Shown here one piece after another: positions 1 through 14,334 of a DNA stretch of 34,535 nt. The notes beneath the pieces were generated by a model. The model was not told where the DNA came from. It made no database searches and worked only from the letters and a program-made list of their open reading frames with translations. The stretch comes from Candidatus Eiseniibacteriota bacterium (GTDB lineage Bacteria > Orphanbacterota > Orphanbacteria > Orphanbacterales > Orphanbacteraceae): positions 62,001-96,535 of the forward strand of contig JBDROZ010000072.1 of NCBI GenBank assembly GCA_043809585.1, written 5' to 3'. The translations under genes were made by a program, and so were the position numbers. Numbering within the stretch: position 1 is the stretch's first letter; every line of letters starts with the position of its first letter.

Positions 1-808
1 GCCGACGAAATCCCCGTCCTTCTTCCGCACCGTCCATCCCAGCCCCGCCTCGACGGGGCTCGTGTCCTCGCCGATGTCGTTTCCGTAGAGACAGTATCTC
101 ATCTCGAGCCGGAGCGAATCCCGGGCGCCGAGTCCAATCGGGACCAGCCCCTCGTCCGCGCCCGCTTCGAGCAGGGCGTCCCAGATCTTCGGGCCCTCGT
201 CCCAGGGCATGTAGATCTCGAACCCGAGCTCCCCCGTGTAACCGGTGCGGGAGACGAGGGCGTGGACCCCGAGCACCTCGGTCCAGAGGGCGCGGTAGTA
301 GGGAAGACCTGTGGCGTCCGCCCCGGTGATCTTCGCGAGAATCTCCCGTGAGCGGGGCCCCTGCACGGCGATCTGGCTCGTTCTCGCGGAGCCGTCCTCC
401 ACCGTGACGCCGCCCCCGCACTTCCCCTTCACCCAGGCGAGGTCCTTCTCTCTGTTCGCCGCGTTCACCACGAGAATAACCGAATCGGGCATCTTGTAGA
501 CGAGGATGTCGTCCACGATCCCGCCCCGGTCGTTCAGGAGGAGAGCGTACTGGACTTCGCCCGGTTCCCGGTCCGAGATCCGGGCGGTGGTGATCCGGTC
601 GACTTCCGCCTCCCGCCGCTCCCCCCGGAAGACGAACTCCCCCATGTGGGAGACGTCGAAGAGCCCGGCCCGTTCCCGGACCGCCCGGTGCTCCTCGAGG
701 ATGGAGGAGTAGTGGACCGGCATCTCCCACCCCGCGAAGGGAACCATCTTCCCCCCCGCGGCGAGGTGGCATTCGTAGAGGGCCGTCCGGAGCGGCCGTT
801 TCGTCTCG

Positions 809-819
<11 letters not shown>
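1..819 (-). CDS. gcvT: Glycine cleavage system aminomethyltransferase T (3' end runs off the window)
   Basis: Manual translation from GTG at 819: [61 protein letters not shown], the typical GcvT N-terminus. Overlaps the uvrA stop. Not in the ORF track because it is open at the window edge. Confidence 0.95.
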
Positions 820-3642
<2,823 letters not shown>

Positions 3643-3733
3643 ACCGCCCCCCGCCTTCCCGATCTCAGAACCGTCTCACGCCGTTCCCCGCCTCTCGGGA
3701 GGTCGCGCAGGATTCCCGCCCTCCCCCCCTCGT

Positions 3734-4879
3734 CTACTCGGTTCCGAGGGCGCGCGCGATCACGAGCCGTTGGATTTCGTTCGTCCCCTCGTAGATCTGG
3801 GTGATCTTCGCGTCCCGGTACGCCCGCTCTACCGGAAAATCCCGGGTGAAGCCGTACCCGCCGAGAACCTGGACCGCCCGGTCCGCCACCCAGACGGCGG
3901 TGTCGCCGGCGAACAGCTTCGCCTGGGCCGACTCCTTGGTGTGCACGACCTTTCGCTCTTTCATCCACGCCGCCTTGTAGGTCAGGAGCCGGGCCGCCTC
4001 GGTGCGGGTCGCCATGTCGGCGAGGTAGTTGCCGATGGTCTGGTGGGCGATGATCGGCTTGCCGAAGGTCTCCCGTTCCTTGGCGTACTTGATCGCGGCG
4101 TCCAGGGCGCCCTGGGCGATGCCGACCGCCTGGGCCGCCACGCCGATGCGGCTCTTGTCGAGAGCCTGGAAGGCGACGCGCATCCCCTTCCCCTCGCCTC
4201 CGAGCACGTTCTCCGCCGGCACCTCGCAGTTCTCGAGGACCAGGCTCACCGTGTCGCTCGAGCGGATGCCGAGCTTCTCCTCTTTCTTCCCCACCGAGAA
4301 CCCGGGCGTCCCCTTCTCCACCATGAACGCCGTGATCCCCTTCGCGCCTTTCGCCTTGGAATCGCTCCGGGCGAAAACGATGAAGTAGTCGGCGATGCCC
4401 CCGTTCGTCACCCACATCTTCTCGCCGCTGAGTGCCCACCGGTCCCCCTTCTTCTCCGCCACGGCCGTCATGGCACCCGGATCGGAGCCGGCGCCCGCCT
4501 CGGAGAGGGAGTAGGCGGCGATCTTTTCGCCCGTGGCCATGTTCGGGAGATACTTCTTCTTCTGCTCCTCCGTGCCGTGATCGACGATGACCGAGGCGGT
4601 GAGGCTCGTGTGGACACTGACGATCACGCCGAAGGAAGCGTCCACCCGGGAAAGCTCCTCGATGACGATCGCTTCGGAGACGTCGTCCAAGGGAAGGCCG
4701 TCGTACTCCTCCGGGATGGTCATCCCGAGGAACCCGAGCCCGGCGAACTCCTTCAGTTCCTCGAGCGGCGGCCGCTCCTCGTGGTCCCGTTCCGTCGCGG
4801 AGCCGGCGAGCCTCTCCTCCGCGAACTTCCGGACCGTGTCACGGACCATTCTCTGTTCATCGTTCAGCGCGAATTCCAT
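3734..4879 (-). CDS. Acyl-CoA dehydrogenase (short/branched-chain type)
   Basis: Motifs [53 protein letters not shown] at 4879 is preceded by AAGGGAG. Confidence 0.93.
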   Translation of the reverse strand: MEFALNDEQRMVRDTVRKFAEERLAGSATERDHEERPPLEELKEFAGLGFLGMTIPEEYDGLPLDDVSEAIVIEELSRVDASFGVIVSVHTSLTASVIVDHGTEEQKKKYLPNMATGEKIAAYSLSEAGAGSDPGAMTAVAEKKGDRWALSGEKMWVTNGGIADYFIVFARSDSKAKGAKGITAFMVEKGTPGFSVGKKEEKLGIRSSDTVSLVLENCEVPAENVLGGEGKGMRVAFQALDKSRIGVAAQAVGIAQGALDAAIKYAKERETFGKPIIAHQTIGNYLADMATRTEAARLLTYKAAWMKERKVVHTKESAQAKLFAGDTAVWVADRAVQVLGGYGFTRDFPVERAYRDAKITQIYEGTNEIQRLVIARALGTE

Positions 4880-5189
4880 CTCGATCAACTCCCTTCCGGG
4901 GAAAAGGGTCCGCCGGCCGGGCCCCCTGGCGTCCGATTCCTTGGTGCGGGTCCTCCATCGAGGGTCCCCGAGTGTGTCCGCTCACCGTTGTCTCTCGCCG
5001 ACCTGCCTTTCTCCGGGTTACGGGACGGAGGCGCGCGATTCGAATCCCCCGGCGGCCGGCCCCTCGATCGTGCCGGGGGCCGCCCCGGTCCCGGGAGAGA
5101 CGATCAGGGGGGGCCGCCCGCCGCCGCGAAGCATTCGATGCAGGCTCCACGACTCGAACGACCCCGGCCGGCGGAGATCGAGGGGGCGG

Positions 5190-5606
5190 TCACGCCTCCC
5201 GCCCGCTCCTCCGCCCGCCGATCTCCTCCTCGAGATAAGTGACGATATCCTTCGTGTTCGTGCCCGGGCCGAAGAGCCTGCCGATGCCGAGGGCGCGGAG
5301 CTCTTCCTGGTCTTTCTCCGGGATGATGCCCCCCCCGCAGAGGAGGATGCGTTCCCCCCCCGCCTCGTGGAGCAGCTTCCGTACCCTCGGAAAGAGGGTC
5401 ATGTGCGCCCCGGAGAGGATGCTGATGGCGACGACGTCCACATCCTCGTCGACCGCCGCCCCGGCCACCTTCTCCGGGGTCTGGTGCAGTCCCGTGTAGA
5501 TCACTTCCATGCCCGCGTCGCGGAGGGCGCTCGCCACGACTTTCACGCCGCGGTCGTGGCCGTCCAGTCCCACCTTCGCCACCAGGACTCGAATCGGTCT
5601 TTCCAT
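5190..5606 (-). CDS. Cobalamin-binding small subunit of an acyl-CoA mutase (IcmB/MutB-like)
   Basis: C-terminal part of ORF 5190..6677, from ATG 5606: [24 protein letters not shown]...SILSGAH...GGGIIP, carrying the DxHxxG B12-binding motif. Confidence 0.92.
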   Translation of the reverse strand: MERPIRVLVAKVGLDGHDRGVKVVASALRDAGMEVIYTGLHQTPEKVAGAAVDEDVDVVAISILSGAHMTLFPRVRKLLHEAGGERILLCGGGIIPEKDQEELRALGIGRLFGPGTNTKDIVTYLEEEIGGRRSGREA

Positions 5607-5623
5607 GACTCCCCCCGCTCCTC

Positions 5624-7239
<1,616 letters not shown>

Positions 7240-7243
<4 letters not shown>

Positions 7244-8217
7244 CGGCCCGTCCCCTCATCGATGTTCGTCGAGTTCAACAGGAGCTCCGCCTCCCTGTAG
7301 GGGGAGGAGTGCCCCGAGTCGATCCGCTCCAATCCCTCTCTCAGCGTGGGAAGAGCGCCCGGCCTCCTCCAGAAGCGGTCGCCGAGTTCCGCCCCGATCA
7401 GCTCCCTGATTCTCTGCTCCGCCCTCTCCCGTTTCAGCGCGCCGAGGGCGCCTCGCGCGGCCAGGTGGTCCCGGTGCCGCTCGATGCTCTCGATCAGCCC
7501 GTCCACCCCCTCGCCCCGGAGGGCCGAGAGGGGGAGCACCGGAGGGCTCCATCCGTCCGGGCTCGGCGGGCGGAGCTTCAGCATGTCCTGAAGGCCCCGG
7601 GTGATCCTCGCCGCCCCCTCGCGGTCCGCCTTGTTGACCGCGAAGATGTCGCCGATCTCCATGAGGCCCGCCTTCATCGCCTGCACTTCGTCGCCCGACT
7701 CGGGCACGAGTACGACCACCGTGGTGTGGACCGCCGCCGCCACGTCGAGTTCCGATTGCCCGACACCGACCGTCTCGACGAGTATCAGGTCCATGCCGAA
7801 GGCGTCCACGAGATCACACGCTTCGCCGGTGCGATAGGCGAGACCGCCGGGACTCCCCCGGGAGGCCATGCTCCGCACGAAGATTCTCGGGTCGCTCGGC
7901 ACATCCTGGAATCGGATGCGGTCGCCGAGAAGGGCTCCCCGCGTGAACGGGCTTGATGGATCGACGGCGACCACGCCGACCCAGAGCCCCCGCTCCCACT
8001 GCTTGACCGCGAGCCGTCCGACGAGAGTGCTCTTGCCCGCTCCCGGCGGTCCGGTCACGCCGACGCGGAAGGCCCGGCCCGTCTTCGAGTACAGGCGGTC
8101 GAGCAACGCCTCCGCCCGGGGGGAACCGTTCTCCACGAGGGAGATCGCCCGGGCGAGGGCGACCCGGTCTCCCTGAAGCAGGCGCTCGGCCAGTTCGTTA
8201 TTCTCTTCGTGGTCCAA
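7240..8217 (-). CDS. meaB: MeaB/ArgK G-protein chaperone for B12 mutases
   Basis: [57 protein letters not shown] overlap with the mutase gene; TTG start. Confidence 0.92.
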
Positions 8218-8352
8218 AGCTGTCCCCGGACGAATCCACGGATTTCCCCGTCCTATCTGTCCCGGCGGGCCGCCGCGGGAGGCGGGCGAGAGGCCCGCCG
8301 GTTCGGGTGGGGTTTGCCGACGGCCGAAAGAGGCCGGCGAAGACCGATCTCC

Positions 8353-8381
8353 AGAATATACAAACCGTTAGGGGCTGTCAA
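8353..8381 (-). promoter_or_regulatory. Sigma70-type promoter for the meaB-mutase-acyl-CoA dehydrogenase operon
   Basis: Minus strand TTGACA (8381-8376), 17-nt spacer, TATTCT (8358-8353). Confidence 0.6.
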
Positions 8382-8420
8382 CCGCCCGGGGAGGGATCGA
8401 AGGGGAGGGGAAGTGATTCG

Positions 8421-8942
8421 TCATCGGCGGAGCAGGGTCTCGATCGAACGTTCCCGGTCCTGATCGACCCCCTTCTGGGCGAGTGACCACGAGAGGCCGA
8501 GGAACGCCGCCACGAGGAGTCCGACGCCGATGAGGAGGATCCGGGCGAGCAGGTCGGAACGGGATCGGGCGGCGGGGGCGGCCGCGCCTTGCCCCGGACC
8601 GGCGGCCGGGCGGCCGCTCACCGGAGGATGGGGAGACTTTTCGACGCCCTGCTCATGGAGCGCGTCGATGAGGTCGAAGAGAAGGTCCCGTTCGACGATC
8701 TCGTCGAGCCTAACGACCGAGCTCGCATCCTTCGATTGCACGGGGAAGGGGAGCCCGCCGAAGAGATCCTCGATCGTCTGACGGGGGACGGGGAGAGTGA
8801 GTTTCCTCCCCGAACCGTCCACGCGAAAGACCTCCCCTCCCCTCTTGGAGCGGAACGCGCGGCCTCCTCCCCCCTCCTTCTCGACCGAGAGCTCGGGGAA
8901 GCGGGTCTCGAGCAGATCCGGGTGACGGGCGTTTTTCTTCAT
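8421..8942 (-). CDS. Hypothetical protein with a C-terminal transmembrane helix
   Basis: 173-aa ORF with RBS GGAGAGG. Globular N-terminus, Pro/Ala linker, then hydrophobic ILLIGVGLLVAAFLGLSWSL. Confidence 0.65.
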   Translation of the reverse strand: MKKNARHPDLLETRFPELSVEKEGGGGRAFRSKRGGEVFRVDGSGRKLTLPVPRQTIEDLFGGLPFPVQSKDASSVVRLDEIVERDLLFDLIDALHEQGVEKSPHPPVSGRPAAGPGQGAAAPAARSRSDLLARILLIGVGLLVAAFLGLSWSLAQKGVDQDRERSIETLLRR

Positions 8943-9008
8943 CGAGGGCTCCTCTCCTACCGAGAATCGGCAAGGAGGGGACGTTCTTGAACGGACGGCG
9001 AGGGAATA

Positions 9009-9953
9009 TCAGACGGATTCGATCGATTCTTTGGCCAGTTCCGCGGCGCCCCAGAGCCCGGCGTCGGTCCCGAGGTCGGCGGGGTGAAGCCGGAAGCCCT
9101 TTCGCTGGGATTCGAACAGGTTGTCCCGGGCCGTCGCCTCGGCGGGCTCGACGAGAAGATCCCGCTCCCGGGAGAGGCCGCCGCTCACGAACACCCGCTC
9201 GGGATCGAGGACCTTGACGATCGAGGCGATGCCGAGACCGAGGATGCGTGCGCTTTCGGCGATCACCTCCGACGCTTCGGCGTCCCCGTCGCGGGCAAGA
9301 TGGAAGATGCCGTGGCACGACATCTCCTGCGCCTCCGGAACCCGGCGCACGTACGTCCTCTTGATCCCTTCGGCCGACGCATACGCCTCGAGGCAATCGA
9401 GGGCGCCGCATCCGCACCGGATCCCTTCGCCGCCGACGTAGATGTGTCCGATCTCGGCGGCCATGCCGTGGGCCCCGACCAGGATCTCCCCGTCTTTCAC
9501 GAACCCGCCGCCGACACCGGTGCCGAGGGTGATCCCGAGGAGACTCGAGGCCCCGCGCCCCACGCCGCGGCGGTACTCGCCGTAGGTGGCGGTGTTCGCG
9601 TCGTTCTCGAGAAAGACGGGGACGCCGTACCTTTCCTTCAGGAGGTCCCGGAGCGGCGTCTTCCGCCACCCCGGCCGGTTCGGCGCTTCTTCGATCGTGG
9701 AGCGGTCCCGATCGAGGGGCCCGAAGGACCCGACGCCGATCGCCAGGAGACGGTGCCGAGGTTCTCCGCTCAGCAGCTCGTCCAGGATGCGGAAGAAGGG
9801 CTCCTTGTCCTCGGGGCCCGACGGTTCCCGGGAGTGGCGGCGCTCGATGCGGTTCCCGATTTCCCCTTCCATCGAAAAGAGGCCGGCCCGGCAATGGGTC
9901 GCGCCGAGATCGGCGCCCACCACGAATCGCCGGAATCGGCCGGGCTGGTTCAT
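9009..9953 (-). CDS. ROK-family sugar kinase (glucokinase-like)
   Basis: GADLGAT, LENDAN, TLGTGVGGG, EIGH and CGCGALDCLEAYAS zinc motif. ATG 9953 overlaps the rpoZ stop (ATGA). Confidence 0.9.
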   Translation of the reverse strand: MNQPGRFRRFVVGADLGATHCRAGLFSMEGEIGNRIERRHSREPSGPEDKEPFFRILDELLSGEPRHRLLAIGVGSFGPLDRDRSTIEEAPNRPGWRKTPLRDLLKERYGVPVFLENDANTATYGEYRRGVGRGASSLLGITLGTGVGGGFVKDGEILVGAHGMAAEIGHIYVGGEGIRCGCGALDCLEAYASAEGIKRTYVRRVPEAQEMSCHGIFHLARDGDAEASEVIAESARILGLGIASIVKVLDPERVFVSGGLSRERDLLVEPAEATARDNLFESQRKGFRLHPADLGTDAGLWGAAELAKESIESV

Positions 9954-10180
9954 TCCCTCGCCCCGTCCTCTTCCTTGTCCGCGATGCGGTATTCGAGATT
10001 CTCGGAGGCCGCCTCGCGCATCGCCTGGTCCACGATGGGCCCGGGCCGCTCCCGGTCGCGAAGGCGGGGGAAATCGTTCAACTGGCGCGCCCGGAGCGCG
10101 GCCACCACCACCAATTCGTAAATGTTCTCTTCCTCGGGAAAGACCACGGAAAACGTCGATTCCGGTCGATCGTGGTTCAT
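9950..10180 (-). CDS. rpoZ: RNA polymerase omega subunit
   Basis: 76 aa with NIYELVVVAALRARQL...IVDQAMREAA, matching the omega pattern. Translationally coupled on both sides. Confidence 0.75.
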   Translation of the reverse strand: MNHDRPESTFSVVFPEEENIYELVVVAALRARQLNDFPRLRDRERPGPIVDQAMREAASENLEYRIADKEEDGARE

Positions 10181-10914
10181 CGGTCACTACCCTTCGGGGC
10201 ATCCTCCGCCTCCTCCCGCGGGCCGAGATGGAGATGGAGTTGGGGGCGATCTTCTTCCGCGCTCCGGGCCTCGCCGGGCCGGGGGCGCTCGAAAGACCGG
10301 AGTCGATCTCCGATCTCCTTCTGGATCTGGCGGATCTCCTTCTCGCCGTCGAGGCGAATCACATTCATGCTCTCACCGATGGGGCTCGCGGCGAGGCGGA
10401 GATAGTTCTTCCGGACCACGACCAGCTTGTCGAGCCCCCCGAAAAGCTCCGTTTCCCAGCGGGCCTTCTCGATCCGCCGGATGCAGACGGGGGCCGGGAC
10501 GTCGATGAGAAAAGTGATGTCCGGAAGGAGCGCGTGGGCATTCACTTCTCGGACCCACTTCAAGTCGCATCCGAGGGACTGGTACGCGTAGGAGGAGAGG
10601 AGGTACCGGTCGCTGATGACCACCGTTCCTTCTCTCAGCTTGGGCAGGATCTCCGCGTGAAGATGATCGATGCGATCCGCCGCGAAGAGGAGGGCGAGGA
10701 GTTCGTCCGGAAAGGGGTCGAGGGGACGGCCGACGGAAGGGGACACGAGCCGCCGTTTCAGCACGAGCGAGATGAGATTGCCGACGGGACCCTCGGAGGG
10801 TTCCTTGGTCAGATGAACGGGGAACCCCTCCGATTCGAGGCGGTCCGCGAGGAGCCGCGCCTGCGTCGTGGTTCCCGCCCCGTCCAGTCCCTCGAAAGCG
10901 ATGAACAGGCCCAT
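10177..10914 (-). CDS. tmk: Thymidylate kinase
   Basis: FIAFEGLDGAGTTTQ, KEP, LLFAADR, VISDRYLLSSYAYQ, PDITFLID. Confidence 0.93.
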   Translation of the reverse strand: MGLFIAFEGLDGAGTTTQARLLADRLESEGFPVHLTKEPSEGPVGNLISLVLKRRLVSPSVGRPLDPFPDELLALLFAADRIDHLHAEILPKLREGTVVISDRYLLSSYAYQSLGCDLKWVREVNAHALLPDITFLIDVPAPVCIRRIEKARWETELFGGLDKLVVVRKNYLRLAASPIGESMNVIRLDGEKEIRQIQKEIGDRLRSFERPRPGEARSAEEDRPQLHLHLGPREEAEDAPKGSDR

Positions 10915-10999
10915 GGGCCTCCGTCCTCGGGCGGCGCGGGCAGACGGCCACGTTCGGCGAAACGCGCGGGCTGCCCTTCGCCGGCCGGAAGTGTGCGAA

Positions 11000-11284
11000 C
11001 TACGCTTCGTCCTGATTGATGCGGGTTTTCAGCTCCTTCGAGACCTTGAAAACCGGTACCTTGCGCGCCGGCAACGGGACCGGGTCCCCCGTTCGGGGGT
11101 TCCTGGCCGTACGGGCCTTGCGCTCTTTCACTTTGAAAGTCCCGAAGCCACGGATTTCGATGTGTTTCCCGTCTCGAAGAGCGCCTTTGATCGCCTTGAG
11201 GAATTCGTCCACCGCTTCGGCGGTGTCCTTCTTCGTGAGTCCGGTGCTTCCGGCGATCTGTTCGACCAGGTCCGCCTTCGTCAT
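11000..11284 (-). CDS. hup: HU/IHF-family DNA-binding protein (copy 1)
   Basis: MTKADLVEQIA...IEIRGFGTFKVKERKARTARNPRTG...VPVFKVSKELK. RBS AAAGGAGG. Confidence 0.92.
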   Translation of the reverse strand: MTKADLVEQIAGSTGLTKKDTAEAVDEFLKAIKGALRDGKHIEIRGFGTFKVKERKARTARNPRTGDPVPLPARKVPVFKVSKELKTRINQDEA

Positions 11285-11348
11285 GGAGTTGCCTCCTTTC
11301 TCGGCGCCGCGCGCCGGGGGAGCGGGCTTCACCAATCAGAACAGGCTC

Positions 11349-11377
11349 ATTGAACCACCCCGCCCCCCGCCTGTCAA
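11349..11377 (-). promoter_or_regulatory. Sigma70-type promoter of HU copy 1
   Basis: Minus strand TTGACA (11377-11372), 17-nt spacer ending in TGG, TTCAAT (11354-11349). Confidence 0.55.
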
Positions 11378-11418
11378 GCGAAACCGCTTGGTTTTTCAAT
11401 CGGTTCCAAGGACCCCCT

Positions 11419-12243
11419 TCAGGAGATCCGGAGGGCCGTCCCCGCCGCGGCCAGGAGGGCCGACGACGTGGCGGCGAGGAAGTTCACTTCTTCGTTCCCG
11501 AGGCGCCCCGCCCGCTCCGCCGTGGCCCCGAGAAGGCTGTCCGTCAAGGTCCCCGCAAAACCGGCGAGCGCCACCACCGGCAAGAGATCCGGGGGAATGA
11601 CCCCCCAGGCGGCCGCCGCGAGGGAGAGAACGGCGGAACCGGCGGCCCCGGCGGCGGTTCCGAGAGGCGTCACTCCCCCGTCGGTCCCCGGAGCGACCCG
11701 TGCCCACCCGAGAATCAGCCGGGGAGGCCGGCGGGAAAGGAGCCCCACCTCTCCGGAGACCGTGTCGGAGAGGGAGGCGGCCAGGGAGGCCGCGAAAGCC
11801 GCCCGGAGGACCGGCCCGCCGGCGGCGAAGACGAGAAGGGAGAGAAAGGCGGGGAGCGAGAGGTTGGCGAAGGCGTGCCGGGCGCTCCGTGGCATTCGTC
11901 TCCCCCGCCGGAGCCGGGAAGCGGCCGATCCGAGGAGGACGAAGAGGGCCGCCGCGCCGAACCCCCCGGGCCCCATGCACCCGTAGATCAGAAGCCCAAG
12001 AAGAGATCCGACCACCGCCCCCGCCCGGTCCGTCGCCCGGAAGAGAATCCCGGCGAGAGCGGCCGCCCCCACGGCGAGGAGTCCGGCGGGAAGACGGCCG
12101 GCGAACTCTCCGAGCGAGCCCCCCTTTCCTCCTGCACCGACCACGAGAAAGAGGCCCGCGCCGAGAAGGAGCGCCGTCAGGGGAAGGGCGGCGTGGGCCC
12201 TCTTCCGGGCCCCTTCGCTCAGACGGGAGTCTCCAGTTCCCAT
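11419..12243 (-). CDS. DUF92/TMEM19-family membrane protein
   Basis: Multiple hydrophobic helices, SDTVSGEVG, APGTDGGVTPLGT, DSLLGAT, NEEVNFLA. ATG 12243 follows GGAGGAGG. Confidence 0.85.
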   Translation of the reverse strand: MGTGDSRLSEGARKRAHAALPLTALLLGAGLFLVVGAGGKGGSLGEFAGRLPAGLLAVGAAALAGILFRATDRAGAVVGSLLGLLIYGCMGPGGFGAAALFVLLGSAASRLRRGRRMPRSARHAFANLSLPAFLSLLVFAAGGPVLRAAFAASLAASLSDTVSGEVGLLSRRPPRLILGWARVAPGTDGGVTPLGTAAGAAGSAVLSLAAAAWGVIPPDLLPVVALAGFAGTLTDSLLGATAERAGRLGNEEVNFLAATSSALLAAAGTALRIS

Positions 12244-13025
12244 CCCTCCTCCTCGGCGGTGCGGGCAATCCGGTCCAAAAGGTACCGGTGGATCGCGGGG
12301 TTCCCCGCCACGAGTTCTTTGCGCCGGATCATCTCGTCGCCTCCGAGAAAGTCGGTGACCACGCCCCCCGCCTCCCGTACGAGCAAGATGCCCGCCGCCA
12401 CGTCCCAGGCGTTCAGGTTCATCTCCCAAAACCCGTCGAACCGGCCGGCGGCGGTGTACGCCAGATCGATGGCCGCCGATCCCCCCCGCCGCACTCCCTG
12501 CACCTCGTGAACGACCCGGCCGAAGATGGGCACGCCGTCCGGGATCCGGTCGGAGCGGACACAGGCGAAACCGGTCGCCACGAGAGAGAGGATCGGCCGG
12601 TCCACGGCGCTCACCGAAAGACGCTCCCCGTTCAGGAACGCCCCTTCCCCCTCCCGGGCGCGGAAGGTTTCTCCGAGCACCGGAACGTGGACCACCCCCA
12701 GGCGGACTTCTCCCTCCCAGGCGCGGGCGATGGAGACGGAAAAGAGCGGGTAGCGGTGGACGAAATTCGTCGTGCCGTCCAGAGGGTCCACGTACCAGAC
12801 CGCATCCCCCCCCTCGCTCTTTCCCCCCTCCTCCTCCGCGACGATCCGGTCGTCGGGGAACCGCGCGGCGATGCGCTCCACGATCAGCCGCTGCGCCGCC
12901 TCGTCGGCGGCGGTGACCAGGTCCTTCTCCCCCTTGAAGCTCACGCCGCCGGGAATCCCCTCCCGGTAGTGTCGGAGAAGCAGTTCCCCCGCCTCCCGGG
13001 CCGTCGCTTCGGCGAAGCGGATCAT
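12219..13025 (-). CDS. suhB: Inositol monophosphatase family protein
   Basis: DLVTAAD, EE, WYVDPLDGTTNFVH, GSAAIDLAYTAAGRFDGFWE, WDVAAG. ATGA overlap with the tatC stop. Confidence 0.92.
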   Translation of the reverse strand: MIRFAEATAREAGELLLRHYREGIPGGVSFKGEKDLVTAADEAAQRLIVERIAARFPDDRIVAEEEGGKSEGGDAVWYVDPLDGTTNFVHRYPLFSVSIARAWEGEVRLGVVHVPVLGETFRAREGEGAFLNGERLSVSAVDRPILSLVATGFACVRSDRIPDGVPIFGRVVHEVQGVRRGGSAAIDLAYTAAGRFDGFWEMNLNAWDVAAGILLVREAGGVVTDFLGGDEMIRRKELVAGNPAIHRYLLDRIARTAEEEGWELETPV

Positions 13026-13840
13026 CCCTCCTCCTCCTCCCCCCCCGGCGGCTCCTCGACTTCCTCTTCGTCCTCTTCGCCTTCCTCCTCCTCCGCCGCC
13101 TCCTTCTCCCTCCTCTTCCGGCGCTCGATCAGGATCGAGAGCCCGGCGGAGAGGAAGTAGAGTGCCGTGACCGGGATCCCCATCATCATCTGGGAGGCCA
13201 CGTCGGGGGGCGTCAGGAATGCGGAGCATATGGCGATCACGACGAGGGCGAGCTTCCAGTTCCGGAGAAGCCAGTCCGCCTTCACCAGACCCGCGTAGGT
13301 CAGCATCGAGACCACGAGGGGGAGCTGGAAGACGACGCCGAAGGCGATGACCAGCTTCGTGACGAAACCGAAGTAGTTCCCCGCCGAGATCATGGGCTGG
13401 AGGTTGTCGGTCGCGAAACCGAGAAGGAAGCGGAAGGCGAAGGGAACGAGCACGAAGAATCCGAAGAGCGCGCCGGCGATGAAGAGGACCGTGGAGCCGA
13501 CCACCACGAGGCCGAGGGCCTTCTTTTCCTTCTCGAAGAGACCGGGCGCCACGAAGCTCCACACTTTGAACAGCACGAAGGGGAGGGCGACGAGGAATCC
13601 GAGGAAGAGAGAGACTTTCAGCCGGAGCGTGAAGGCCTCGGCGGGCCCGAGGAAGACGAGCCGTCCCGCGGGGGCGGTCATGACGTCCACCGCCCCGGGG
13701 GCGACGAACCAGGCGACCAGGGCGAGGGCCCCGACGACGACGAACGATTGGAGGAGGACGCCCCGGAGTTCCTCGAGGTGCTCGAGGAAAGGCATCTCCT
13801 TGCCTTCCCGCTTCTTTCCCGTCTTCTCTTCCGGCGCCAT
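13022..13840 (-). CDS. tatC: Twin-arginine translocase subunit TatC
   Basis: MPFLEHLEELR, WSFVAPGLFEKEK, FQLP, LTPPD and several TM helices. ATG 13840 follows GGAGG. Confidence 0.93.
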   Translation of the reverse strand: MAPEEKTGKKREGKEMPFLEHLEELRGVLLQSFVVVGALALVAWFVAPGAVDVMTAPAGRLVFLGPAEAFTLRLKVSLFLGFLVALPFVLFKVWSFVAPGLFEKEKKALGLVVVGSTVLFIAGALFGFFVLVPFAFRFLLGFATDNLQPMISAGNYFGFVTKLVIAFGVVFQLPLVVSMLTYAGLVKADWLLRNWKLALVVIAICSAFLTPPDVASQMMMGIPVTALYFLSAGLSILIERRKRREKEAAEEEEGEEDEEEVEEPPGGEEEEG

Positions 13841-13865
13841 CGGCCCTCCGCGCCTTTCCACCCGT

Positions 13866-14317
13866 TCAGTCGAGCAGCGACCGGACCTCGTCGAGGAACT
13901 CGCCCACGTCCTTGAAACGGCGGTAGACCGACGCGAACCGGACGTAGGCGACCTCGTCCAGCGTCCGGAGTTCCTTCATCACCGCTTCGCCGATCTCCTG
14001 GCTCATCACCTCCCGTTCCCCCCCCCCTCGCCGATGGCGGCCTCCACCCGATCGACCAGGGCGTCGATCTCGTCCCGGGAGACGGACCGTTTCTCGCACG
14101 CCGTGAGCACGCCCCCCGCGAGCTTCTCCCTGTCGTACGGTTCCCGCCGCCCGTCCTTCTTCACCACCGAGAGCGTGGAGGGCTCGACGTACTCGTAGGT
14201 GGTGAACCGGTGGCCACAGTCGGAACAGAGCCGCCGGCGGCGGACGGCCCGCCCCTCCCGCACGGAACGGGAATCGACGACCCGGTCGTTGTCTTCTCCG
14301 CACGAGGGGCACCGCAT
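13866..14317 (-). CDS. nrdR: Transcriptional repressor NrdR, frameshifted at a G10 tract (14018-14027)
   Basis: ORF 14006..14317 gives MRCPSC...DSR...[17 protein letters not shown]...KKDGRRE. The other frame continues [35 protein letters not shown]. Confidence 0.9.
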
Positions 14318-14334
14318 TCCGTCCTACCTCTCTC

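Noticed and set aside
3690-3736. Stop TAG followed by CTGCG at offset 27, a possible remnant of the palindromic family
   Set aside because: The second and third motifs and the complementary arm are missing, so it is compatible with chance.
5030-5060. TTCGAATCCC resembling a tRNA T-loop
   Set aside because: The flanks (GCGCG / CCCCC) cannot form a T-stem, and no cloverleaf or acceptor stem is evident.
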